Source of the DNA: Candidatus Endomicrobiellum pyrsonymphae
GTDB taxonomy: Bacteria > Elusimicrobiota > Endomicrobiia > Endomicrobiales > Endomicrobiaceae
NCBI GenBank assembly: GCA_020328045.1
Contig: JAIXMY010000001.1
Span: 1-42,587 of the forward strand
Direction of reading: 5' to 3'
DNA length: 42,587 nucleotides
A program made the position numbers and the translations under genes. Positions 11,009 to 21,092 of the stretch are shown here, piece after piece. Every line of letters begins with the position of its first letter. The first letter of the stretch is position 1. Below the pieces are notes generated by a model, which made no database searches, was not told the DNA's origin, and was given only the letters and a program-made list of their open reading frames with translations.

Positions 11009-12263
11009 AACTTATCCATGATTTTTAAAATTTGCAATCGTTTTCAAAAAAACTTTTTCACTTCTCCGGACTCTATATTACACTTTACAATAAATTTAAT
11101 TTCAAGTTCTATTTTTAAATGATAGGCACACCTCTTCCAAATATTGACATTTTTTAAATCTCTAAAATCATTTCCTGTCTACCATTAATCTTGCTGTATT
11201 TTTGAAGAATAAGTTTAGATTTTTTTTGAAAGATTGTCTCGTATGTTCTAATTTTACATAGTACAATCCAGTCGCAAAATCACCTTTCTCCTAGTAATTG
11301 TTAAACAGATAATCATATGCTTTATGCCGCTTGGTTAAAACGTCAAGAAGATTATGATGAATTTAAAAATATCCCATTCAAAAATTGATCCACCGTCTTT
11401 TGGGGGCACATAAATACTTTGAGTTTTACTTTCATATCCCCCCATATCTGTTTAAAACATTTTCAAAAGTTTGCTGAGCTTCCGTGGATAAAGACCACTG
11501 AGATATTTCGGAATAAGAAACGCAAGGCAGATAAATTCTGCCGGATGATTTCTTCGTTTTTAAAATTTCTGAAAAATTTACAGTCCCACTATATCAGAAT
11601 TCTCATCTAAAATAGTAAAAAAACGTTCAAGCCATTGATTTTCATAAACATGTCTATAAGTGCTTGGTTACACGTCTGCCATAACCACAACAGAATCAGA
11701 ACTCTAGTTTCCGCTATAAGCGTTTTAAGGTATCAGATATCTCATCTTGTACCCCTCTTCTTCCGTGGTGTAGTATTCGTCTAGCTTTTCCGTATCCATA
11801 CATGTAGCAACAAAATGAAAATCGTCTAACACCGTGTAATCTATTCCACTCTCGGATAAAACTCTTGACATGCTGGATTCCCATACTCTTTCAGCAAGCC
11901 AAAGTTCCTTGGTCTCTTTACAACCAAACTTCTTTTTTATGTAGGAACTCATCTTCTCCACCTGATATATTTTATCTCTATCTAGGATTGCGGACATTAA
12001 CGGCTCGTGATAACCTCCGGACAATATTTCTAAATTGCCTTTTTCAATAAGTCACTTTACATCATTGATATAATCCGCGCGTTCTTTTTCTAGATACTCT
12101 CACAATATTCCGCTTACACGCAAATTCCACTTTATTTTGGATGATTTAACAAAACATCCATAAATGGTCTGTAGGCAACTTGATAGGCTTTTTCAAAAAC
12201 ACAATCAAAATTTCCAACCGGCTGATGATTATGTGTACAAAATACAAATTTAACTTTACTTAC
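11005..12263 (-). pseudogene. Glycoside hydrolase family 57 (alpha-amylase/4-alpha-glucanotransferase-like) pseudogene
   Basis: Fragments in different frames: VKFVFCTHNHQPVGNFDCVFEKAYQVAYRPF, GNLEILSGGYHEP, LWLAERVWE, YTVLDDFHF, KMRYLIP, GRIYLPCVSYSEISQWSL; multiple stops, frameshifts and deletions; ends approximate. Confidence 0.85.
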
Positions 12264-12769
12264 TTTCGTGCCTCACACATAGCCAAATATTCCTTTTCTA
12301 TTAAAGGTACAATATTTAATCTTTCGTCACCAGGAAGAATTCTGCCTTCTATGTCAACGCCTTTGATACATATCTTATAAAGATTTTCTATATCTTTATC
12401 ATCTACATATATGTTATATAGAAGTTGTTTTTTTCCATTAACAAAATGCATTCCGCCAACGTTTAAAGACTTTAAATTTACACCATTTTCTATCATATGT
12501 AAAATGTCTGAAGGACTAATTGTTAACAACATTACTTTCCTATTATCATGCTGCCTGCTTAAAATTGTATTCGTCGCATCCTTGATACTTTGCACCGTAA
12601 ACTCAACCCCGCTAGGCAAAGCCATAGCCATAAGCGCTTGCTGCATCTTATCGCAAGACGCTAAATCTGATACAACAAGAAGCGTATCAACAGAAATGGT
12701 CTTGAGCCATCCTTGAACTATCTGCCCATGTACAAGTCTATCATCTATTCTTGCCAAAACTATAGGCAT
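12260..12769 (-). CDS. PTS mannose-family EIIB
   Basis: ARIDDRLVHGQI..W, LNVGGMH. Confidence 0.93.
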   Translation of the reverse strand: MPIVLARIDDRLVHGQIVQGWLKTISVDTLLVVSDLASCDKMQQALMAMALPSGVEFTVQSIKDATNTILSRQHDNRKVMLLTISPSDILHMIENGVNLKSLNVGGMHFVNGKKQLLYNIYVDDKDIENLYKICIKGVDIEGRILPGDERLNIVPLIEKEYLAMCEARK

Positions 12770-12792
12770 CGTTTACCTCACAATATCAGGAT

Positions 12793-13203
12793 TTATTTTG
12801 ATGAGTCAAGCAACATTTTTTTGACGTTTATTATGCTTTTTTGCCCGGCAAATAAAACTTTATCAGCCAAATCTACAGCACTTACAACACTTTTGCTTGC
12901 AAATATAGCTGATAATAGCATAGGAAGATTAACACCGGAAAGAATTTCCATATTAAAAGATATACACATTGGAGCGGAGGCATTACACGACGTGCCTCCG
13001 ATCATATCGGTAAGTATTAAAGTTCCGTCTTCATTGTTTATGCTCCGTAGAAGAATGCCAATGCGCTTTTGCATTTGTATCAAACTATCGTTAGCGCCTC
13101 TTTTGATAGCATAAAGATTGGATTGTTTTCCTGCTATAAGTTCTGCGGAATTCACAAGTTCCTGAGCTAATTCGCCATGTGCCGTGACAATAATTTTAAT
13201 CAT
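12793..13203 (-). CDS. PTS mannose-family EIIA
   Basis: IIVTAHGELA, LILTDMIGGTSCN, SGVNLPMLL. Confidence 0.93.
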   Translation of the reverse strand: MIKIIVTAHGELAQELVNSAELIAGKQSNLYAIKRGANDSLIQMQKRIGILLRSINNEDGTLILTDMIGGTSCNASAPMCISFNMEILSGVNLPMLLSAIFASKSVVSAVDLADKVLFAGQKSIINVKKMLLDSSK

Positions 13204-13232
13204 TTTTGAATTCTCCTAGAATTCATCTCCGG

Positions 13233-13294
13233 ACTTTTGTCAGACAAAACAAAAATACCAAAAATCCTTATTATCGAGCTTCATTCGCTTCATA
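13233..13294. repeat. Dispersed palindromic repeat, copy 2
   Basis: ACTTTTGTCAGACAAAACAAAAATACCAAAAATCCTT...CATTCGCTTCATA aligns with 4669-4729. Confidence 0.7.
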
Positions 13295-13305
13295 ACCTCG
13301 GACTA

Positions 13306-13480
13306 CTGTAGTCAAATCGCTTTAAGTTGTGCCGATTGTAGTAAATTTCCCTTTTTATAAAAGAGGTGGCAGGCACAACTTGACGAGGTATTAAATTTAA
13401 ATACCTTAATGCTGGATTGCTTCGTCATTTCATTCAGTGCAAAGACACTGATGGTGCAACTTAAAGCGATTTGATTATAG
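13306..13480. mobile_element. MITE-like element, 175 bp, 28-bp terminal inverted repeats
   Basis: 13306-13333 vs 13453-13480 match 24/28, with an 18-bp perfect core TCAAATCGCTTTAAGTTG; no transposase inside; interior contains REP-like units. Confidence 0.65.
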
Positions 13481-13546
13481 ATATCGCCAAAATTCAAGTA
13501 AATATTTTATTTTCAGCATCTTTTTTAAACATGATTTGACACAGGA

Positions 13547-14463
13547 TTAAAGACTAAACAAAAATTCGGCGACATCATATTCTTTTTCAAGTCTTCTTAA
13601 GGCGGTTTTGTAATACTCTTGCTTTTTTTCTATTCCAATAAAGCTCCTGCCTAATTGCAGTGCTCCGACAAGCGCAGTTCCGCTTCCCATGAACGGATCG
13701 CATACAAGTTGATTTTCTTTTGTTGTCAATTCAATAAGCAATTTCATCAACGCCAATGGTTTTTGCGTGGGATGTAACCCATTATTAATAGATTCTGCCG
13801 ACATCGAAATAAGGTTATTAGGTAATTGATCATACCTATCAAAAACCGTTTCGTCCTAAGCGCCGACACTATTTTCAATTACATTATCTGCCAATGTTCC
13901 GCCCATCTTATACGGCTTCATAAACCATAATATTGGTTCAAAAACAGGTCTAAGATTTCCAACTTTCCAGCCGTTCCATTTTATAACATTTTTATCATCA
14001 TTTCTTCTCTCAAAAACGCAACTTATCCGTTGCGCTCTATGAGCTGCTTTTTCTTTGTTCCAAGCTATCATATCTTTGAATATAAAACCGTTATCCTCGG
14101 CGCAGATACATCTATGAGCCATTCTCCGCCCTGCAAAAACGAAAGAGGATGCTCCCGGTTTCAATACTCTCAGCCAATCTTTTATCCAAGAGTTGCACCA
14201 GCTATAATATTCCGCAGGTATTTTTTTGTCATCCTCCGACCAACCATTTAAAGGCTTTCCTCGCATTTTAAATATACTACCTGCTTTCATTTGCGCTTCG
14301 CTTTTCCCTAATAATGCATTATTTTATTGTTGTGTATTACATCCCATTTATCATAACAAATTCCATAGGGTATATCGCTCAAAATCAAATCTACTGAATC
14401 AGTATCGATAGATTTCACTAGTTCAATACTATCGGCATTATATAATTTATTCACTTCTATCAT
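13547..14463 (-). pseudogene. M.HindIII-like adenine DNA methyltransferase (beta class) pseudogene
   Basis: ATG 14463 MIEVNKLYNADSIE...ILSDIPYGI..WD; frameshift; RGKPLNGWSE, HRAQRISCVFERR, NLRPVFEPILWF; TAG stop at 13856-13858; HPTQKPL..DPFMGSGT. Confidence 0.9.
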
Positions 14464-14464
14464 T

Positions 14465-15337
14465 TTATTTATGTATCTGTTCTATAAATTTTTGTATAGT
14501 TTCTATCTTGCTATTTAGCTTCATTATTTTCAATAATTCTTTTATAGCTTTTTCCTTGTCCAAATGTTATATTCTGCTGATTTCTTCCTTCCAATAATCA
14601 ATTTCATCACTTCCTCTTTCTTTTAAATAAATTGAAATACTTTGGTCTGGAATCGTTTAAACCGACAAATCGTTTTAAGAATTCATCTTGTCTATCCATA
14701 AAACTATTACCGCTGTCTGCAATCGACGTATTTTGTGAAATATGTTTGCTTTGATTCCAGCAGTCAGCGAGAGAAAATTTAGTAGTTTCTTTTATGTCAT
14801 TATCGAGCAGTAAATATAGATATTCCCACGAAAATAAAAGCACATTTCCATTTAATGCTTGCTTATATATTTGATTTTTATTCTGCGGATACTGGAAATA
14901 GGGGCAACATAAAATGGAATAATCACTATTCTCCGCCCAATGCACCATAGATTCCACTTTGAAATCTTTTTGATTTTTTGTCGTTCGGCTTAGTCTAAAC
15001 GTTTTTGCGTTGCCAATTAGTGTATAATTATGAAAATAGCTTTTAGCAAAAACATCAGCTACGCTCAATCGCTCTTTGAATGCTTGTGCTTTTAGACCCA
15101 ATTCTGCAAGGCTTTTGCTAATAAAATATCGGAAGCTTTTGTATATAATTTTTCTTCTGTTGAATCAGTTTCAATACATTTAGATATGGTTCCGCTTTCT
15201 GTTATAAGAGGAATAATCTCATCTTTATTTAACGAAAAAATTTCTTTTTCTAACTCATTACTGGTTTTATTAAAATTCCTACGTGTGAATAAAGTCCTTA
15301 TTTTGCTTTTCAGTTTTTCAAAATTCATACTCTTCAT
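14465..15337 (-). pseudogene. R.HindIII-family type II restriction endonuclease pseudogene
   Basis: STEEKLYTKASDILLAKA, AKTFRLSRTTKNQKDFKV, PYFQYP..K.QIYKQAL..NVLLFSWE, C-terminal SKIETIQKFI; frameshift near 15095 and further breaks near 14570-14610. Confidence 0.88.
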
Positions 15338-15511
15338 TTCTTTTCCAGTTGTTCCAAATTACGAGCAAATTATAGATAAAATCCAGTCAAGTCATTTAAA
15401 AAGATGTCGGAAAAGAGAAAGAAAATTATCTCTTAGTATTACACTACAATCTAGCGACTTTAAAATAGTTATTATTGCAATACAACAGACTCCTTAACAA
15501 ACAGATAATCA

Positions 15512-16372
15512 TTATTGGCCATGCAAAATATCTCTATGGTTAAGTTTAACTCTATATTTTTTACTCTTCAAAAATGATGTCAGCTTTTCTGACGCAAAAA
15601 CAGATCTGTGACATCCACCTGTACATCCTATTGCTATAGTAAGATAACTTTTACCTTCTTTAATATACCCAGTCAAAGTTGTTTCTATAAGTTTTGAGAA
15701 TAAACTAAAAAAAATTCTGAATTCTTTTTGCTTTTCTATATATTGCTTAACCGCTTTATCTCTGCCGGTTTTAAATTTTAATTCGTAAACATAATTTGGA
15801 TTTGTGATAAAGCGCACATCATAAATGATATCGGCGTCATTTGGCACGCCATACTTATATCCGAAAGAAAGGACAGAAATATTTAAATACTGTTTACCTG
15901 ACTGTTGAATTCCAGTAACTATAGAGATTGTTTTCTTCAATTCTCCTATTGTAAGAACCGAAGTATCTACAACTTCGTCTGCAACAGAAAAAATACTATC
16001 TATTATTTTTCTTTCAAGTTTTATCCCATCATAAACTGATTTTCCCAAAGGATGACGACGGCGTGTTTCTGAATACCGCCTTAACAAAACTGAATCTGAG
16101 GCATTGAAAAAAATAACTTTATAGTCTATTTTTTTCTTTCTTAAAACTGTAAGCAATACTTTGAAAGATGTAAGGGCTTCCCCTGCTCGGACATCAATAC
16201 TCATCGCAACATTTTTATATTTGCCTTGATTTTTAAGACAAACATCAATAAAATCAGAAAACATCTGAACGGGCATGTTATCAACACAAACAAACCCAAA
16301 ATCTTCAAAGATTTTAAGAGCCTGACTTTTGCCTGATCCGGACATTCCTGAAATTATATACAATTTAGCCAT
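15512..16372 (-). CDS. rapZ: RNase adapter RapZ (YhbJ/YvcJ) P-loop protein
   Basis: SGMSGSGKS, RRYSETRRRHPL, SFGYKYGVP, DVRFITNPNY, AIGCTGGCHRSV. Confidence 0.93.
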   Translation of the reverse strand: MAKLYIISGMSGSGKSQALKIFEDFGFVCVDNMPVQMFSDFIDVCLKNQGKYKNVAMSIDVRAGEALTSFKVLLTVLRKKKIDYKVIFFNASDSVLLRRYSETRRRHPLGKSVYDGIKLERKIIDSIFSVADEVVDTSVLTIGELKKTISIVTGIQQSGKQYLNISVLSFGYKYGVPNDADIIYDVRFITNPNYVYELKFKTGRDKAVKQYIEKQKEFRIFFSLFSKLIETTLTGYIKEGKSYLTIAIGCTGGCHRSVFASEKLTSFLKSKKYRVKLNHRDILHGQ

Positions 16373-16374
16373 AA

Positions 16375-17310
16375 TTATTTTTTGTTAAGCTCTTCCCGTA
16401 GTCTGCCATCTAAATTTCTTGCAGTAAAATGTCCTTCATTTTTAAGTCTTTGATTTAAACTTGCAGTTTCAACAAGAATCGCAAGATTTCTACCGGGAAC
16501 CACAGGTATCGTAATCTCAGGAATCCTGACGCTTAAATACTCTGTGTAACATTCATTAAATCCAACTCTTTCACACTGTTTTACAGAATCTCGTTCTTCA
16601 AGTTTTATTACAAGTTCTATACGAGACTCATCTGAAATATTGCCTATGCCAAAAAGCTCTTTAACGTCTATTATACCTATGCCTCTTACCTCTATGAGAT
16701 GCTTTGTAAGTTCTAAACTACTTCCTACTAAAGTACGTCCAAAACGTTTTGTAATGTTAACCACATCATCTGAGACAAGCTTGTGTCCTCTTTTTACAAG
16801 CTCAAGAGCGCACTCTGACTTGCCTATTGCAGACTTGCCAACGAGCAAAACACCAAGCCCATAAACATTCGTCATAACGCCGTGCATTTTAATTGAAGGA
16901 GCAAGTTTGCCATCTAAATAATAACCCAAATCACCTATAAATAAAGAAGAGTTTAATTCCGTTCTTAGTAGAGTAATATTCAAATCGGAAAACACTTTAA
17001 TCATTGCATCAGTCGGCTCAAGATTTCTCGTTAAAACACAACTTACGGCTTTTTCATGAGAAAAAATCTTGTTCAACACTTTTACCTGATCATCATACTC
17101 TATATGCTTTAAATACGTATGCTCAATTGTCCCTATAACTTGTATTCGCTCATACGGAAAATGATCAAAAAATCCTGCAAGGGCAAGACCCAGTCTGTTT
17201 ATATCGGCAACCGTAATCTTTCTTCCAAGTCCGCCGTACCCCGTAAGAACTTCAAGCTTAAAATCCTCACTTCTTTCTTTAAGAAGCGTGTTTACGTCCA
17301 TAATAGACAT
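16375..17310 (-). CDS. hprK: HPr kinase/phosphorylase
   Basis: HGV...VYGLGVLLVGKSAIGKSECALELVKRGHKLVSDD, IEVRGIGII, PGRNLA. Confidence 0.95.
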   Translation of the reverse strand: MSIMDVNTLLKERSEDFKLEVLTGYGGLGRKITVADINRLGLALAGFFDHFPYERIQVIGTIEHTYLKHIEYDDQVKVLNKIFSHEKAVSCVLTRNLEPTDAMIKVFSDLNITLLRTELNSSLFIGDLGYYLDGKLAPSIKMHGVMTNVYGLGVLLVGKSAIGKSECALELVKRGHKLVSDDVVNITKRFGRTLVGSSLELTKHLIEVRGIGIIDVKELFGIGNISDESRIELVIKLEERDSVKQCERVGFNECYTEYLSVRIPEITIPVVPGRNLAILVETASLNQRLKNEGHFTARNLDGRLREELNKK

Positions 17311-17768
17311 TAATACGCCTCATCCTGCTGTATTATTTTAACAACATCTTCCGTCGTGGTGGCATCTCTTATTGCCTGTCTTAAGAACTTATCCTTAAAC
17401 AATCTTGAAATTCTTGATAATGCTTTTAAATGTTGTCCGGTCACTTCAACAGGTCCAACCAAAAGAAAAATGATGTGCACAATCTCGCCATCAAGAGAAT
17501 TAAACTCTATGCCTTTGCGTGAAATACCGAGAACCCCCACTTGTTCTTGAAGAACATCTGTTTTTCCATGAGGAATTGCAACACCCTGTCCTATCCCTGT
17601 AGAACCAAGTTTTTCTCTTTCTAAAACGACATTAATGACTTCCTCCGTCTTCTTTACTTTCTTAGTATTTTTCAAAACATCTACCAGTTCAATAATCGCC
17701 GATTTTTTGTCTGTCGCTTTCAAATCGGTAACTATTGCGTCCCGACTCAAAAAATCCATAATCTTCAT
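17310..17768 (-). CDS. ptsN: PTS EIIA (Ntr/fructose-type)
   Basis: EREKLGSTGIGQGVAIPHGK, HLKALSRISR; located after hpf. Confidence 0.85.
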   Translation of the reverse strand: MKIMDFLSRDAIVTDLKATDKKSAIIELVDVLKNTKKVKKTEEVINVVLEREKLGSTGIGQGVAIPHGKTDVLQEQVGVLGISRKGIEFNSLDGEIVHIIFLLVGPVEVTGQHLKALSRISRLFKDKFLRQAIRDATTTEDVVKIIQQDEAY

Positions 17769-17786
17769 CTATAGCTCCTCTTTATT

Positions 17787-18341
17787 TTACAGTTCATTGG
17801 GTTCTAGAAGAACTACAGACCCGCTGTCATTACGGTAAAGAACGCTTATTTTATCGTTTGATCCGTCTTTAAACATATATACTCTATATCCAAGATTATC
17901 CATTTCGTTAATAGCCTCTTCTACAGTTACAGGTTTTAAATCAAAACGCCTTATTTCTGAGATTTTCATTCTCGAATCTTCCATAACATCATAAGAAAAC
18001 ACTTCTCTCATATTGCACTTTTTATCTTTTAAAACTTCCAAATTATTTTTTCTGTTATCCTTTGAAATTTCTTTTTGTTTTTTGAGTTGTTTTTTAAGTT
18101 TGTCTATTGTCACATCTATTGAAGCATACAGGTCATCGGATTGTTCTCTTGCTCTAAACGAAAGTTTTCCAACATGAAAAACAACTTCAGTTATTTGTCT
18201 ATTTTTTTCGACAGATAATATCGCGTGCGCCCATGCGTCATCTCCGTTGAAAAGCTTCTCATACTTTGTAATTTTTTTACGGATGTAAGAGTCAATCGCA
18301 TCTGTAAGCTTCAAATGTCTAGCTGTAATATTAATTTGCAT
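17787..18341 (-). CDS. hpf: Ribosome hibernation promoting factor (long form)
   Basis: MQINITARHLKLTDAI, DLYASID..IDKL..QL, C-terminal KPVTVEEAINEM domain. Confidence 0.92.
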   Translation of the reverse strand: MQINITARHLKLTDAIDSYIRKKITKYEKLFNGDDAWAHAILSVEKNRQITEVVFHVGKLSFRAREQSDDLYASIDVTIDKLKKQLKKQKEISKDNRKNNLEVLKDKKCNMREVFSYDVMEDSRMKISEIRRFDLKPVTVEEAINEMDNLGYRVYMFKDGSNDKISVLYRNDSGSVVLLEPNEL

Positions 18342-18365
18342 GCTCTTCTCCCTTTAAATAAATGA

Positions 18366-19085
18366 TTACATTTTAAAATTATCTCCAAGATATACTTTTC
18401 TAGCCTTGGGATTTTCGAGCATCTCTTTAGCGCTACCTTCAAGCAAAATTTTTCCTTCACAAATCATATATGCTCTGTCAATAACCTCAAGAGTTTCTCT
18501 AACGTTGTGATCTGTTATGAGGATACCAAGCCCCCTTTCTTTCAACTTCTTAATAAGTCTCTGTATATCGTCAACTGTTATAGGATCAATACCAACAAAA
18601 GGCTCATCTAAAAGTAAAAACTTAGGATCTGTTATCAAAGCTCTTGCAATTTCTAGTCTTCTTTTTTCACCACCGGATAAAGTAACGCTTGCCTGATCGC
18701 GCAATTTTGTAAGTCCGAAATCTACAAGCAAAGTATCAACTTTTTTTTGTTGCTCGCTCTTTGAAACAGGAAGCATTTGAGCTATAGCCACGAGATTATC
18801 TTCAACATTGAGTCCTCTAAATATAGACGACTCTTGAGAAAGATATCCTATCCCGGCTCTCGCTCTCCGGTACATGGACCAATTTGTGATTTCATTGTTG
18901 TCTAGATAAACGCTACCAGTATAGGATCTTACAAGACCTACTGTCATATAAAAAGTTGTTGTTTTACCAGCGCCATTAGGACCAAGCAAACCTACAACTT
19001 CACCCTGTCTTACACTTATGCTGACGCCATCTACAATCATTCTGTGATTATACTTCTTAAATAATCCTTCGGTTCTTAATATCAT
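18366..19085 (-). CDS. lptB: LPS export ABC ATPase
   Basis: GLLGPNGAGKTTTFYM, LSGGEKRRLEIAR, LLDEPF.GIDP, LITDHNVRETL, VYLG..F. Confidence 0.96.
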   Translation of the reverse strand: MILRTEGLFKKYNHRMIVDGVSISVRQGEVVGLLGPNGAGKTTTFYMTVGLVRSYTGSVYLDNNEITNWSMYRRARAGIGYLSQESSIFRGLNVEDNLVAIAQMLPVSKSEQQKKVDTLLVDFGLTKLRDQASVTLSGGEKRRLEIARALITDPKFLLLDEPFVGIDPITVDDIQRLIKKLKERGLGILITDHNVRETLEVIDRAYMICEGKILLEGSAKEMLENPKARKVYLGDNFKM

Positions 19086-19762
19086 TTTATTTCATTTTCC
19101 ATTTCAATTTTTCCTACGACTGAACCATTCATAACTATCCTTTTATTCCCTTCAGAGTTGTAAAAAATCATTTCATCTGCTTCGTAAAGACCTTTTCTCC
19201 CGTCATAATTAACATCCGCCATAGGTCTTTTCTCATCTTCTTTAAAAATCATACCTAGTGTTGTGCTGTCGAAAGAACCGTTATCGGCATAAATGGTTCC
19301 TGACGAAGTTACAACCTCAACTTCTTTATATGCATCTAAAGTCTGAGTCTTCCTATCAATATAAACTTCCTTAGCGTGCATAACAAGAGGAGTAGTTGAG
19401 TTATTTACATAATATCTTGTTACTGTGTAATCCCCCCAAATTTTTCCTTTTTGAACATTCATATCATATTTTGCAAAATTGCCGTAAGCTTCAAAAGGCT
19501 CGCCTTTTTGAGTCTTTGAAACTAATCTAACATTTCCTGTCGCAAAAATCTCGGAATTTTGCTTATCATAAGACACTTCATCGGCAGCTATTTTGCTTGT
19601 ATCATTAATTACTTTTGAATTACCCTTTGAAATGATAACTTCTCCAGCTTTTTTTACATGCATTGCATCGCCGGTTATTATTGTCTTCCCGGATAATTCA
19701 TCGGTAAAAGAAACAGCAGCAACCATAAAAGTAATCAAAATAATGCTTATAAACTTACTCAA
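19082..19762 (-). CDS. LptA/OstA-like periplasmic LPS transport protein
   Basis: Between lptC and lptB; beta-rich with I.ADE..YD...IFATGNV pattern; probable TTG start at 19762 followed by a signal peptide. Confidence 0.7.
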   Translation of the reverse strand: MSKFISIILITFMVAAVSFTDELSGKTIITGDAMHVKKAGEVIISKGNSKVINDTSKIAADEVSYDKQNSEIFATGNVRLVSKTQKGEPFEAYGNFAKYDMNVQKGKIWGDYTVTRYYVNNSTTPLVMHAKEVYIDRKTQTLDAYKEVEVVTSSGTIYADNGSFDSTTLGMIFKEDEKRPMADVNYDGRKGLYEADEMIFYNSEGNKRIVMNGSVVGKIEMENEIK

Positions 19763-20276
19763 GCACAGTTCTTTGATTCTTAATGATAATATTAGTAAGT
19801 TTCGTATCCGCTTCAAAACTTGTGCCGTAGACTGTTTCATTTGGTCTTGTAATTTTAACATCATGATCACCATACACCAACTCTTTTTTTGCATCATACA
19901 TCAGATTTGTTGTTTGCAAATGTTCATTCTTTGCGTTGTCCATATTACATTTTCCTATTCCTCTTACATCCCAGGTTTCCATATTTATAACTGCGCTCTC
20001 CGCAACAAGCGTTGAAACATATTCGCCTTTGTCATAAAACTTTATTACAGGAAGTTTCAACTGGGCAATGTTTTTAATTTCATCTATAATAGCAGATTCT
20101 GCTTCCAATATCATTTTTAATTTACCTTCATCTGTTTGCGTTATAGTAAACTTTTCTATAGCCTGCCTCGACATCGGAGGCGTTTCTTCGATAACAGTTT
20201 TTTCTGTTATACAACCGAAAAAGAAAGCAGAAAACATTATCAACGCGTATATATTACATCTTTTAAAAAAGTTCAT
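19755..20276 (-). CDS. lptC: LPS export protein LptC
   Basis: N-terminal lipobox-like FFGC, L.TTNLMYD, VYGTSFEADTKL; operon position. Confidence 0.75.
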   Translation of the reverse strand: MNFFKRCNIYALIMFSAFFFGCITEKTVIEETPPMSRQAIEKFTITQTDEGKLKMILEAESAIIDEIKNIAQLKLPVIKFYDKGEYVSTLVAESAVINMETWDVRGIGKCNMDNAKNEHLQTTNLMYDAKKELVYGDHDVKITRPNETVYGTSFEADTKLTNIIIKNQRTVLE

Positions 20277-20363
20277 TATTTCCCTTTAATTTTAATCTTG
20301 CAACCACGAGAAAATAAGAAGTGCTTCTGCATATTTCATTTTAAAATTACAACTTTACACTTT

Positions 20364-21092
20364 TTACTTTGTCTTCTTAGGTCTCGTTTTCCATCTTTTA
20401 TGAAACCAAATCCACTAATCTGGATACTGTCTTATATGCTCTTCCAAAAAAAGAGTTGCTTTTTGAGTAAGATTTTCAACATTTTTATCAAAATTTCCTG
20501 ACGACCCTACAGTCACGGGACACCTTATTATTGTTTTATGCCTGTACCGGGAGTGTCTTTGAAAATAATGTTAACTTTTTTACTTGCCCTGTATCCTACA
20601 AGCATGTCATTAAGCTCATCTATTATATATCTTTTTGCAACAACATTTACAGGAACGTCTAGCCCTGCAACTGTTGCAGTCACCATTTCACAATTACCTG
20701 CGTGAGCGCTTACGAAAAGTATTCCTTTACCTTTCTTTAAACTACTTTTAATAAGCTCAACATTTTCTATATCGGAAATTTTATGCAAAAACTTAGAATC
20801 CATGCGCTGGAAATTTGCAAGTTCAAAATTTTTTTGTTTCATTGTAAAACGATCATTTTACAATCTCTGATATTTCTTATTCAGACTTATCAGGAAAACA
20901 TTTTTTTAAATTTCACTTTGCAGTCTTTACATCATCACGCGCTACATAGTACGCAATCTTGCCAAAAAATCTGCTCAACGTTTTTACTGAAAACTTATAA
21001 GGCATAACTAAAATAATTTTTGCAAAAGCAAATGCCCCGTAATAATAAATTCTTCTACGAATTTTTGTACAAAGTCTCAAAATGTTTAACAT
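20364..21092 (-). pseudogene. Lipid A late acyltransferase (LpxL/HtrB family) pseudogene
   Basis: N-terminal fragment stops at 20913; middle fragment KGKGILFVSAHAGNCE (HxGNWE-type motif); C-terminal YPD*WIWFHKRWKTRP; shorter than a full-length gene. Confidence 0.82.

Noticed and set aside
13312-13497. 61-aa minus-strand ORF
   Set aside because: Coincides with the MITE-like repeat; no protein family signal
19763-19897. N-terminal extension of the LptA-like ORF
   Set aside because: Lies inside lptC in another frame; the signal peptide begins near 19762
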